A stretch of 63,994 nucleotides of DNA, filler included, from Bigelowiella natans CCMP2755 (lineage: Eukaryota > Protista > Cercozoa): assembly GCA_000320545.1 (NCBI GenBank). It is 4 parts of 4 records of this genome, joined end to end, with 100 filler letters (N's around TTAATTAATTAA, not from the genome) between each part and the next. Parts side by side here need not be neighbours in the genome. Positions count along the whole stretch, not along the records: positions 40,691 to 62,837 come from ADNK01002245.1; positions 62,938 to 63,994 come from ADNK01000326.1; 2 more parts are not named here. One strand, 5' to 3'. Below the pieces are notes generated by a model. That model saw only the letters and a program-made list of their open reading frames with translations. It ran no database searches and had not been told where the DNA came from. This document shows, piece by piece, positions 52,432-63,994 of this stretch. The position numbers and the translations under genes are program-made. Numbering within the stretch: the stretch's first letter is position 1; every line of letters begins with the position of its first letter.

Positions 52432-54480
52432 CTAATATTGTAGCCTTTCGATACCCGAAGCTTGTGGTCCTAGAACTGGGTGATTTCTCGGAGTTAAGGG
52501 TTCCATTTCAATTGTCCCCTCGGCGCGAGTCGATGTTCGAGCGTGCCGAATACTTCTTCTTTTTCTCAATTTAGTTTCCTGGTTGGCAATTGTCATGTTG
52601 TCATGATGTTTAATTTTTATTAATAGCACATTGCAGGGATTTCCAATGACATAAAACCTCTTCAATTTCAGTGGATTCCCGGCCTGGGATGGCCCCACGC
52701 GAAAGTAACGCTTTCTCCTCAAGCGTTAGATCATCTCGCACGAGCGATTTGCCTCGCCGTGCGATATCCCTACTTTTGAACCTAAATACAAAGTGTTTGT
52801 ACTCTTCACAGAATGCTTCAAATTGACATACCACTCAGTATATTCTTCTCTGTTGATTGATCCAGAACCATCAGCATCAACCTGATTTCAGATTTCAGAG
52901 ACCGAACTTATTTGGTTTTCTTGTAGCTTCTGAAGAGTATTGAAAAATGTAATTACTTCGCTGAAGATTTTGACGCGTTCCTCGATTGATTTTCCAACAC
53001 TTCCGAAAAGGACAAATTTTACACGAAACAATGGTAGGTGATTCGTAAATTGTGAGAATAGTATCATACCCAAGAGCATGGCAGATCGCTACAAATTCTG
53101 CAGACGTAATTGTTCCGTCACCATTCACGTCATATCGATCGAACTCAAGAGATGCCTTTAGTTTAATAGTAAGTAGTTTAATAGCGCGCCATGTATTAAC
53201 ACATTCCATTAATAAAGTGTCACCCGCATTTCCAATATATTTATAGAACCAGAGTTGTCTACGTCCTGGAGAAATCGTTGTGTAATAGTCTATGAGCTCA
53301 AAGGTTTCCCAGGTAGATCAATATGTACCATCAATTTGAATCGGTTCTTGATCTCATCTAGAACTGTTACGGGAACTAATCCGGCTCGAAGAAGTGTAAA
53401 TTCCAAGTATTCACCAAATCGCACTTCTTCATTACCAGTGCTACCGAAGAGGGAAGAATTAGAATTTTACAATTCAAGAACATATTTTTCAGACAGGAAT
53501 CGTTTTTTTTTTCTGTACTTACGCTTTGTCAATTTGGCAAGCGTACAAAAAATCCTCCTCTTGTACCTGATGAGTTGAGATCTTAAGGCCAATCATTTGC
53601 AAAAATCTGAATTCGGATTCACCTCTGCGTTTAGTTTCTCATACAGTCGATGCCGCGTGTAGGCCTCAACTAGGACACCTGTATGAATGGACAACGTGTC
53701 CCTACACCCATTCGTGTTCACTAATGAATCCGTGCAGCACTGCTTTCTCAACACCTGCAAGTTGGCCCACCGCAATGCCAAACACTGGAACACCAGTCAT
53801 AATCTATAGGAAAACACATCTGTTAGTGTATAAGCTTACCAAAAGTCCCGGTTACTACCCAGAAAGCCATGAACCAATTAGTGAAAGTGTCTTCATCCGG
53901 ATTGATACTGGCGACCTAAGGACATCACTACCCTGAGCATCTTGATCGCTTCGTTAGGCACAGAACATACCTGTAGTCCTCCTGTGGATAACGAGGTTAC
54001 CTTTGATCGATTGGATATGCATCATCAGGATTATTGAGATTCCTTGGAAGTAGAGTATTGTGGAGTGTTTGCGAGATCATGTTTAGCGTGTTGTTCACCG
54101 AGAAGTATAAAGCTCTTATGAAATTGAATTTCTCCTCGAGCATTCCATACATTACCTAATGGAATATTGCGTACCTCAGGATTACATCGTAAACAGGAGT
54201 GCGGAGAACGCTAATGCGATACACCCCCGCTCCAATCCACAGAATAAACACCAGAGCACAGTGGATCTCCGTGGCATGCTCACTGATTTTAATAGAACAA
54301 TTGTATTCCGTGATAAAGAGACTTCCAGGATATTTAACATGGCTACATAATCCCGTTGTGTTATTTCGAACCACCTGTAACTTTCTTTGACATTTTTCCA
54401 TTGATTTGAACAGCATGTAGAGCAGTTTTGTTGAAATTCTTGCTTCCATGTTGGGGTTGCCTGCACATTTTAGATCGATC

Positions 54481-54523
<43 letters not shown>

Positions 54524-55849
54524 ATGACATATAAATACTCGTGTGTGTGTGTGTTGTGTATAACGTAATCTCACATGCGCACACACTCACGCCCACTCAA
54601 ACATGTGCAGGCAGTGCAGACGTTACAGATAATAATCAATTTCTACCAGCAAGTGTTGCGTTGTGGCCTTTCTTATCAGCACTTCATTCCTTACTATCAG
54701 CCGATAATGCGACATAATTAGATTGGATTACAAGCACTAAAAAATCATTTAACATACCTGACGCTTTCCACTCTCCTTGCCTATCGGTAAGTGTGTTGTT
54801 GTGTAAGTTTGATGAAACTCCTTAAATATTTATTTGATTTATTTGAGAACCTTTCCAACACGAGAGCGATGAGAATCGCGACAGCCCCACCAATCATCGA
54901 GGCCCCTTTACAAATAGGTATTAACGCAAATACACTAAAATAGACTGAAATAAACTTTGCATCACCAGCTAGAACGAAGAAGACGGTGAACCACAGTGAG
55001 TTATCGGTTTGTTCTATAAGAACGCCTAAGATGAAATAATGTTGACTTTTGCTGTGGAAGAGATTCAGAGATTTGATTAGACCATATCCTACGCTCCAGC
55101 CAGTCTGTGCTGCATACTGCGTTAGGCAATGTTTACACTAAGCTGCATGGCATGAAAGGACCAAGAGAATTATTACATATAGAGACGCGGAATAACTCCA
55201 ATCGTTTTCATACGAGTAGAAAACCTATTGTACGAAATGTATTAAAGTGCGAGAGTGCGAGCGTTTCAGTGCAATAATATTCAAACCGCTGCGAGCAAGA
55301 AATAAGCTAAAACACAGATAACGGCTAATGGCAATTGCCACCTGACAAGAGCACAAAACAGTCCATACGCTTTCATGATCTGTTAAAAAATTGCCGCCTA
55401 CCTCCCAGCTCCGCAGAACTGGGACATAAAAGCAACACATCGTCCCCACAATGCTACATCTCCTATTGTGTGTTAAGGAGTGAGTTATTAAGAGCGATAA
55501 GATAAATATCAAACATCACCTGTCATCAGGTTCAGGCCTAGTTTTCTCGCCTCCTTATGAACTTGCTGTTATGTTTGTTGGAGATTGAATTCAGTGCACA
55601 GGATACATCAAAATTCAATTTTTTCCTACAACCTTTTCTAAGTCTTGTTGAGATACCATTAGCTTTTTCGACGATTGCCCAGTGGTTCTTAAAAGCTGAT
55701 TGTGAAAAATTAGATGTAGCGTAGAATCATTAATGAAATTAGTCACTAACCCCCTTTTTGTTGCCATTGCCATCTGACTTAATCGATGCCAGTTTGGAAT
55801 CGTCGCTCTCCATCTGATCTAATTTCATAGGATTTTTCGGCGCTCCCAT
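52432..55849 (-). CDS. Two-pore-domain (K2P/TPK-like) channel with C-terminal EF-hands (multi-exon)
   Basis: P1: DWSYSASLY|YAAQTGWSVGYG (55083-55116). P2: FIRALYFS|VTSLSTGGLQ (53971-54000). TM GVPVFGIAVGQLA. EF-hands DVNGDGTITSAEF and DADGSGSINREEY. The 3' end could extend to ~52211. Confidence 0.85.
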
Positions 55850-56099
55850 GTCTCTGAAATAAGAATTGAATGCAAGTTTGTGCCAACTACGTTGATGCGA
55901 TCTCCGTTTAAAAGAGATCAAATCTCCGTTAGAACTGATGCGTGTTCATAGGTGTGCCGTCGTGCAAGTGCACATGAGTGGAAGCGTGGAAGCATGAGAA
56001 CGTCAAGACGAACTTCGATTGCTCTGTTCTAGGCGGGAGGGAATTAAACTCTCTGCATTTTCGTTGTTACCGTGTAGATGGCTGCTTCGAACCAAGAGA

Positions 56100-57420
56100 G
56101 GGTTGCTTCGAACCTAGAGGTGTGGTCAGACTAGCCATCGTCTGCACCCCTGATTAAGAGCTGGATGCACGAATGACACTGAGAGCCTACACCCCTGACA
56201 AAGAGCTGGATGCACAAAGGACACTGAGAGTGTCACTTGCTGACAAACATCGCACTTGATGGCTCCCATCGGAGAACATGATGTCGATGGGCAACTAAAG
56301 ATGACTTTGTTGCGCAATCCACATTGTGATGTCGCATCTATTTTTTGCCTGCGACTCTCCAAAAAGCTTGTCGCACCAAAATGATCGAGGCGGAGCATCT
56401 GGGAATCGGCTCCGGTGCCGGCAATTTGAGCATGGTCGAGATGAGCAAAGCTAGCTCTGTTGTCCAAGAAAATCCATTTTTTTGGTTGAGCTGTGAGTGG
56501 TCTTGATGATCTGTGAGTGGCCTTGATGCACCATTTTGTTGACAACCACCGGCATGTGATGACTGTGGACAACAATCGGTGCAACAATTGCAACGTCACT
56601 TGGCACTTCTGGCTTTTTTGTGCCACTTCACCCTCACGATCGAGTTTTCGCAATTTCAATTGGCGCGAACGAGTTCAAAAACCCAGCTGGCCAAATCACG
56701 CCAATCTGCAACGATGCAATGCCAGAATGGTGCAATGGTGGAGTGTGATGTCGAAGGATTTCGTTGGATTGCGATGGCGAGGTGTCCTTTCCAGCTTTGC
56801 TGGTTTGACGAGCTAGCGAGTGGCTCTCCACGTGGCATCGTGGTGCAAGCTTGCAAAGTCACAGCGTCTAGCTCATTGTTGTCACGTCGTCCATGATTTG
56901 GTTTGTGTGGTTCATGGTCCGCAGTGGAGCAGTCACCCCAGCACCATGCTGGCACATGCGCACGTTCAGAGTCTCAGGCTAGCAGGGTCCATGGCAATCC
57001 AACTGTGCGTGTCTAGTTGTGCACACTTGCAGCATGAGCGTGCAATTTGTGTGCCGGGTTCAACACAAAAATGAAAAGGTTTTCATGTGGTGATGTTCTC
57101 TTGTTTTCACACCAATTTCTGGGTTTGCCATCGCAATTGCCAAATTGCATGCACGTGAGGAAAGTCAATGATGCCCATTTCAAGCCCTTCTAGCCTTCCT
57201 GACCTGACTTGGCAGCACCCATTTAGCCATCATGGACGTTGTGTCCATTGTGGGTGGTCATACGATCGATTTCGCATCGAGCACATTGCAGCGAGTCGAG
57301 AACTTGCTAGCTTGAGTGTCTGCATTGACATGAGTGCAAGTGCATCCAGTGCAATTTGATTTTGCGATGTTACGCTTCACTTGACATGAGATTGTTCCAT
57401 GCTGTTCTAGTGTTGCATCT
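56100..57420. other. Extreme TpA-depleted tract, possibly a mutated repeat or transposon relic
   Basis: 56341-57180 (840 bp) has 5 TpA by my count, all in CTAG. Short imperfect tandem duplications at ~56080-56230 and ~56490-56530. Confidence 0.8.
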
Positions 57421-57427
57421 TTTGCAA

Positions 57428-58222
57428 TCATTTTGGAGGGAAAAACCTCAGTAGCGGACTCATTTCTTTGGGAATTCCTAAAGCATAAGCTAATCGGGAT
57501 GCTGCTGGAATGCTATACCAAGCATCGGAATATAGATTCACGAATGTCTTCACCATGTTAATTTCCCTCGCTCGAACATCTTTTTTGGCGCTTATGCAAT
57601 CTCTTGGATACTGCTGAAATGATTGTTTCTTCATTTCATCTTCACTATCTTCGAATGCGTGCCCACGTTCATCCGAAAATAAAGGCAACACGCGTGTTTT
57701 TGCTCCTTCCGATCTTGAAAGTGGGTTCATGACTCTGTCGCGATTTCCTTTATTCGATATAGCTCTTGCCATTTTCTGGTCTTCGGATTTCGTTTTGTAC
57801 AGGCGATTTTCTGTTTCCTCTTTCTTTTGTTCTATTGCTAGTTCCCGAATGAATTCACGTATCTTAACACGAGAAGCCCTGCCAAGTTTGTACATAAGAT
57901 AGGCAATGAGGCAATCATGGCCCTTCGCCTTTGTGTAGATTGAAGCAATCACCTTGTTTCTGTCTACAGGGTCAAGTTTCTTCCATTTGCGGAGAAGAAT
58001 TATCGATTCTTCAAGACATTTCCTATTTCCTTGTGACAATAGAATCATTGCTACTGCATCTTGCTTATTCAAACCGAACGCTGTTACTCCAGTTATTGAT
58101 TGGGTGACATTCTTCGTTGTCTGCGACTCAGCGCGACCAAGCATTCTTGACGAGACGAGACCCATGGTTCCAGTAATCGTGTCTGCATTACATTTTTGAC
58201 ACGTAATATCACCAGATGACAA
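57428..58222 (-). CDS. Hypothetical protein (large terminal exon; 5' exons unresolved)
   Basis: 264-codon open frame with ordinary, non-repetitive composition. No family recognised. Confidence 0.6.
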   Translation of the reverse strand: MSSGDITCQKCNADTITGTMGLVSSRMLGRAESQTTKNVTQSITGVTAFGLNKQDAVAMILLSQGNRKCLEESIILLRKWKKLDPVDRNKVIASIYTKAKGHDCLIAYLMYKLGRASRVKIREFIRELAIEQKKEETENRLYKTKSEDQKMARAISNKGNRDRVMNPLSRSEGAKTRVLPLFSDERGHAFEDSEDEMKKQSFQQYPRDCISAKKDVRAREINMVKTFVNLYSDAWYSIPAASRLAYALGIPKEMSPLLRFFPPK

Positions 58223-58657
58223 AGGCAGTTTGGAAAGGTGTCAGAATTATCGAGGGATGCCACACACTTCCATTCACCTACCAATCGTCAGGGGAGGGCA
58301 TCAAAAGAAAACAATTTTCCCTGCATAGGCACTATGTTAAGACGGATACGGCACAGAATGGCATGCCGTTTCTCTTCTCCGACATCCGAAATACGGCGAT
58401 AATCGTGCCTAATCCAGGGATGAAGATTAGGACAGAGAATGTAGGCCGTTTGGCCTCTCCGACATCATCGCCACTCGTCCATTGAACAATAAATTGCCAG
58501 GATCTGATTGTTTGTTGGTCTTCATCAGTAGGTTAGACAGTGTCTTTCCTTCGAAAGGATAATGTCGTTCCTGTATTTTCCCCTATATTTTCGTATAATA
58601 CAATGTTTTCTCTGGCAAATCTTTTCAGAGTTAAAAACACGAACGTCACCATCTTCG

Positions 58658-59078
58658 ATGGGCAGAGAGCCCTCTGCCAAGTGTGCAGGGGCCAATGGGG
58701 GTAGCAACAGCGAGAGACCGGTTGGGTCTTGGCAGAGAATTGGAGCTTCTGCGGCTCTTACGATGTTCGTCGTCGCCCAAACGGTTATTGCTTACAGACA
58801 CCTGGCGCTTGCTGCATTGGTTAGCAACCGTGCCATTCGTTATTTTTATTTTGTATTTTAAAAGGTAATGATAAGATACAGCCGGGATAGTGATGGTAAA
58901 ACCGTAAACTAATTCTGATTGTGTGAAAGTTCGTTACAAGTCCGAGCTTAGTTATCCCCGTTTCATCGTTATATCACACAACATACTAATCTGTTACACG
59001 AAGGTAACCTGCCCTACAACCCGTCCGTTGCAAATTTTCTCAATGAGCTAGTCAAGCTGCTCGTTTCTGCAGTAACGT

Positions 59079-59146
<68 letters not shown>

Positions 59147-59580
59147 ACACCAAGTACGTTTTGTTTAGAAAGTCGTTATAATATTTTGGGCCGCCAGTCT
59201 CCTTTCATTTTTTAGCGGTCGCTCAACATTCATAATGCTTTATACAACGATAAAATAGGTGGATTTACGATAAGGATAGTGAATATAATGGCGTGGCCGG
59301 GGTTACGCTAAGCACCTTCTCTCTCTTTGCTGTTCCTGGAGCCATATATGCGATCCAAAACTCGCTCATCTTCTACGCACTCGTGTATGCATGCATCGTT
59401 AGACAGAGTTAAAATAATGCTGAGAACTCCAACTATTGCTTGTACCACACGAATAAATACATCGTATACTGTTCCACCAAGAATGATTTTCATCGGTGCC
59501 TTAGATAGAGACAGGAGAATAGAATTTTTAAACAAAAGAGTGGAACATGAAGCTGGAGAATTAGTCATTTCTTTAATATA

Positions 59581-59622
<42 letters not shown>

Positions 59623-61038
59623 TACATATATTTACCAGTGTGTGTATGGTGTGCGTGTGCCCCTCTGATTGTAAATTTGATGCGATTGCGCATTCCAACA
59701 GGTACCTAGAAGCGCCCACCTTCCAAGTAGTCGCATCCCTCAAGATAGTTACAACCGCCATCCTTTTCCGTATTATCCTGCGCAAGGTTCTCACAACGGT
59801 GCAGTGGATCGCCCTCCTGCAACTCTTCCTCTCAATGGTGCTTGATATCAACAAACACAGAGAGAAATCTATCGTACATGTTGTCCCTCCTCTTGCTTAA
59901 CCCCTTCTTTTACCTTCTTGCTTGAGCTTTGTTCCCTGGCTGATGTGTTTATATCGATAATTAAGGTTATCACCAAAATGGGAGCGCTTTTATCTCCGCA
60001 ACAATCGCAGGACCGGCAGAACCTCCTGATAGGTGCTGGAATCCTGTTCGTGAATGCGTGGCTTTCCGCGACTTCTGGCATCTGCAACGAGTGGCTGGTC
60101 AAGTATCAGGACGCGAAAGCTCCGCTGATGCTCAAGTCCATTCAATTGTACTTCTGGGGCACGCTAGTCAACCTTATTGCTTGGGTTGTCACTGACACCA
60201 ACGAGATGAGTCTTAGTTCGCAGGTCGAAAGTGCACTGCCACACACATACATATCCGCACCACCATCACCACCACCCAACCGTACCATCATCATTGTCAT
60301 CATGCTCTTTATCTATCGTCCCCTACATTCTCTGTATCCTGTTATTTGTCTGTTATTTGTCATGATCAGGGCATCAGTACCCTCGTTGTATGCATCATCC
60401 TCAATAATGCGGCCGTGGGGCTCTCAGTGGCCTTTATTATGAAATATGCCGACAACATTGTGAAATGCTTTTCTACGGCAGCCGCTGTTTTCATCTCGGC
60501 AGTCCTTTCCTCGTATCTCTTCAATTTTCCGCTTGATCTTCCTTTTGTAGTAGGGTTGCTACTTTACTCAACCTCATTTTTCCTTTACTTTGGAAAGCAC
60601 AATACAGTGCTACACGCGCATGGTTTCAACGATACTGCCTTCTTCTTCTTCGCCTACTGCGGGGAAGCAGATTATCCAAAAAAGTATGGCGGCGACGATA
60701 ACAATGATGATGATGGGGATGAGGATTCCAAAAAGCAAAAACAAATGCGGCAAAGACCGACGATTGAAATTGGGGTTGTCGAGGAAGTAAAACAGGACAG
60801 AGCACGAATTCTGAGCAGTCTAAATGATCTAGAGTTATCCGTATCGAATCGTTCTTCATGCACTAGCGCTTCTGCAATTGGGTCTACAACGGATAATAGT
60901 GATGGTGCATCGGAAGTCCGATGGCGCTCACTCTCGTCAAAAATCAATGAAGAATTAGAAATAATGAAAATGGGGTCTGGGGATGGCGGCAGAAAGGCAC
61001 CGTTCGCCGAAATGGTGTCCACAGAGAGAAAGGTGTGA
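58658..61038 (+). CDS. SLC35A-type nucleotide-sugar transporter (CMP-sialic acid / UDP-Gal transporter family)
   Basis: Motifs NELVKLLVS, FAVPGAIYAIQNSLIFYAL|YLEAPTFQVVASLKIVTTAIL, QWIAL, SGICNEWLVK, QLYFWG and IMKYADNIVKCFSTA. Confidence 0.92.
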
Positions 61039-61621
61039 GTGCGTACACACGTACCAATTAATCGGCATGGCTAACGTGTCATTATACTAATTAATTTAAC
61101 ATGCCCTGCATGTCCATATGTTTCACATAAAGCATAGCATGTGTATGTATACGTAACATGCACGCCCGCGCAGTCAACTCTATAAGCGTATAACATATCT
61201 AGATATGTCTACTTCGTAGCTAGTTAGATGTACATAGCTGACAATAGCTGAACATGCTAGCATGCTATTCGCACGCGAACGTCAGCGTTGGTGGATAAGA
61301 TTGCACGCATAAGCCACGCTAGCCGTTGAATTTAGCTTTGCTCCTGCTGCTGTGTCTCCGTGCTAGCGTGCGCTGGATGAACTTTGGGGCTGAGCTAGCT
61401 AAGCTCTTATTAGGTTGGCTCTAGCTCGGCGGAGCGACGTGCGTGCAACTCATGCAACTCGAATCTCAACGCAAGCACGCCTCTTGCATGCACGCATGCA
61501 CTATCTGCTAGACTTAAGTCAAATATCTAGTGTTTTATTCTAGCTATAGCTGCTAGACAAGCTAGCAAGCACACAAACAAAAAGTAGTGTAGCGCAATAG
61601 CGTACAACGCTACGCCTATAT

Positions 61622-61742
61622 TTACACACACATTACACGTGATGACTGCGACGTGCTACACTAGTACATATGAGACGGATGTAATGTGTACTTACACACA
61701 CATTACACGTGATGACTGCGACGTGCTACACTAGTACATATG
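61622..61742. repeat. Perfect 51-bp direct repeat (period 70)
   Basis: TTACACACACATTACACGTGATGACTGCGACGTGCTACACTAGTACATATG at 61622-61672 and 61692-61742. Confidence 0.9.
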
Positions 61743-62663
61743 TATATGGGCGTATATATCGTATCTAAGTGCGGAGGGATGTTGTAACATTGATCAGCAT
61801 GCTATGGTAGCATCGCATGCAAATAATGCCGCCTACACTATGTTACCATATGTAGCACGCATCTTCACCTGCTGATCGAAACACCGGAGCTAGCTAGAAT
61901 TAACGCACAGGAGAAGGGCTGCTGCGACACCGATCAAATGATGCGCACTGCCTGCTTGTGTTAGCTAGCCCGCAAATTGTGCAGATGACTTGTCTAGTTG
62001 TGATACAACATGTGCGGTTCTAAACACTATCTAGCAATGAGGTGCGGATGCCACATTTTTCTCATTTGAAGTGGAACCATTCGGGTCATCTGCTGACGCC
62101 AGCGCTTTGTTGTCATCATCATCCTCATCATCATCATTGCATCACCGCCATCCTGCTATTACTTAATCATGCTGTTACAAGCAAATAAAGGCAACCCGAA
62201 GTAGTTCTTTCATTGCCACCATCATCAAAATTTATTTTATTACTACATCGATGTCAACCAGCGTCACCTACTAGCTGTCTGGTGCACGCGCATGTCTCTT
62301 CGTTTGTGGGAAGGACTGTCTAGTTCTTAGCACTCTATTGTCTTCTATATCCCTGCACAGCAACAACTACAAAGCCTAGGCCAGCACTGCGTGAAAGCAA
62401 ATTTTGTCATTATCATATGATGTAGCAGAGATGCTACTCCCTTCATCTCATTTTGTTGTCGCAGATATATCTCAATCGCGTCGCCGGCGTCGATCACGGT
62501 CTTCATCATCGTCATCACGGCGACGGCGGCGGCGCGAGCGACCTTCGTCGTCCTATATGAACAGCCATAGTTGTACATGATATTAGTTGTTGCAATTGTA
62601 CTGAGGCATGGCATCTTTGCCATAATGAATACACGCACGCACGCACACACACAAACACACACA

Positions 62664-62750
<87 letters not shown>

Positions 62751-62764
62751 GAGGAGGAGGGAGG

Positions 62765-62799
<35 letters not shown>

Positions 62800-62837
62800 G
62801 AGGAGGAGGAGTATGTATATATATATATATATATATA

Positions 62838-62937
62838 NNNNNNNNNNNNNNNNNNNNNNNNNNNNNNNNNNNNNNNNNNNNTTAATTAATTAANNNNNNN
62901 NNNNNNNNNNNNNNNNNNNNNNNNNNNNNNNNNNNNN
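62838..62937. other. Assembly gap with artificial six-frame-stop spacer
   Basis: N-run with TTAATTAATTAA at 62882-62893. Confidence 0.97.
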
Positions 62938-63601
62938 ATTCGTTCCTTTTGCGCGTCAGGCGCAGTGCAAATCTGGGGGGAATTTCGTCGGGACCCACGG
63001 CGTGTGTAAGGTCGAGCGTATTGGAGGGGGGGGGGGGGGAAGAGAAATGACGTTATCAATTTTTCCCATAGTCTTTTGCGTTTGGTGTGACGCTTTTCGA
63101 TGAAGTTCGTGCCGCTATATTGCTTCTTCGTCTTCACGTGTGTGTCTCTTTCCTTGCATACTGCCGCACAGGGAGGTGCAAGGTTGCCTGGGGACAATAT
63201 CAGACGCTCGGGCGAAGTAGTGAAAATGATGAGAGTGATGACAATAGTGAGGACGAAGATGATGAGGATGATGACGATGATGATGATGATGATAGTAGTG
63301 GTAGTAGTAGTAGTTGTTGTAGTAGTAGTAGTAGTAGTAGTCATTTGCAAAATGAAAATACATATTGCGGCAGAAGAATACTGCATCTTCGATTCTAATC
63401 GAGCATGCTGCATCTTCGATTTTAATCGAGCAGTGAAAACACTTGTCTTCTCACGCTAATAAGCGATGATCCCTTGCACCGCAGCTTCCTCACCAGCGCC
63501 CACGGCGTTTCCTTGTCCCTCCAGCAGATTATGCGGAATGGTCGCAAAGATACACACTCTCACACACACACACAAAGACAGACAGACAGACAGACAGACA
63601 G

Positions 63602-63650
<49 letters not shown>

Positions 63651-63994
63651 TTATGTTGGATTAGATAGGTTAGATGACACTATATTGATCATATTTGCAC
63701 AATAAAGGCGGACTCGCTAAGACTGACCCACGGCTCGAGGTAGCGGAGCGAATCTTCTTCAAAATAGCACAATGCGCTACCCAGGTAAAAGAGCGTATAC
63801 CGCCACACCCAAACGCCCAACCCGCTGCTTTCTACCAACGAACAACAGCATTTCACCTTCCCCCCCTCCCCCTCCCACCCCTGACCACCCACCCGGCATT
63901 CGAGATATAGCATTGATTTCCTTCATGGATGGTACAATGCATAATCCAGGCGTTGGAATCCGCTCCGGAGAGGTTCTCCGCAGTTTTGGCAGAA
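62938..63994. other. Probable fragment of another multi-exon gene
   Basis: Coding-like segments alternate with microsatellite intron-like tracts. Product not recognised. Confidence 0.25.

Noticed and set aside
56126-57400. Cys/His-rich ORFs as real proteins or a transposase
   Set aside because: Open frames and Cys/His richness follow from the loss of TAA/TAG/TAY codons in the TpA-depleted tract. No DDE, RT or terminal-repeat signature was recognised.
58190-58222. SSGDITCQKC as a TFIIB zinc ribbon
   Set aside because: Only half a ribbon, possibly intronic, and no cyclin-fold repeats recognised downstream.
34948-61038. Sialic-acid/glycan gene cluster (lyase + GT2 + SLC35A)
   Set aside because: The genes are about 10 kb apart, interleaved with unrelated genes and split by a gap. 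Substrates are unproven.

Overview
This is intron-rich eukaryotic (protist-like) nuclear DNA with GT-AG introns, many filled with microsatellites. The organism cannot be fixed from the sequence. Three N-gaps contain an artificial TTAATTAATTAA spacer, so adjacency across them is not trustworthy. Splicing by hand gives about 17 genes: a CDKL/MAK-type kinase, a (lambda-crystallin/CRYL1)x2-CutA fusion, an Oxa1/Cox18 insertase, nocturnin, POLE2, an SR splicing factor, Rictor (partial), a signal-peptide NanA/DHDPS-family lyase, a class C GPCR with an OpuAC-like ectodomain, XPD (partial), a double hot-dog YbgC-like thioesterase, a processive GT2, an EF-hand two-pore K+ channel, an SLC35A transporter, and three small genes the ORF track misses or shows only in fragments. 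Those three are an intron-containing barstar, an 8-exon bacterial-like membrane protein and a 90-aa clathrin-adaptor-motif protein. The most notable observations are four. (1) The DNA downstream of gene 3' ends is enriched in CTAG/CATG/TGCA; in the tracts I counted it is nearly free of TpA except inside CTAG, which looks like a directional process opposite to fungal RIP. (2) A spliced eukaryotic barstar has no barnase nearby. (3) The CRYL1-CRYL1-CutA fusion. (4) An oriented CATGTCGCA motif sits in the divergent promoters. All exon structures are manual predictions and family calls come from remembered motifs; no searches were run.
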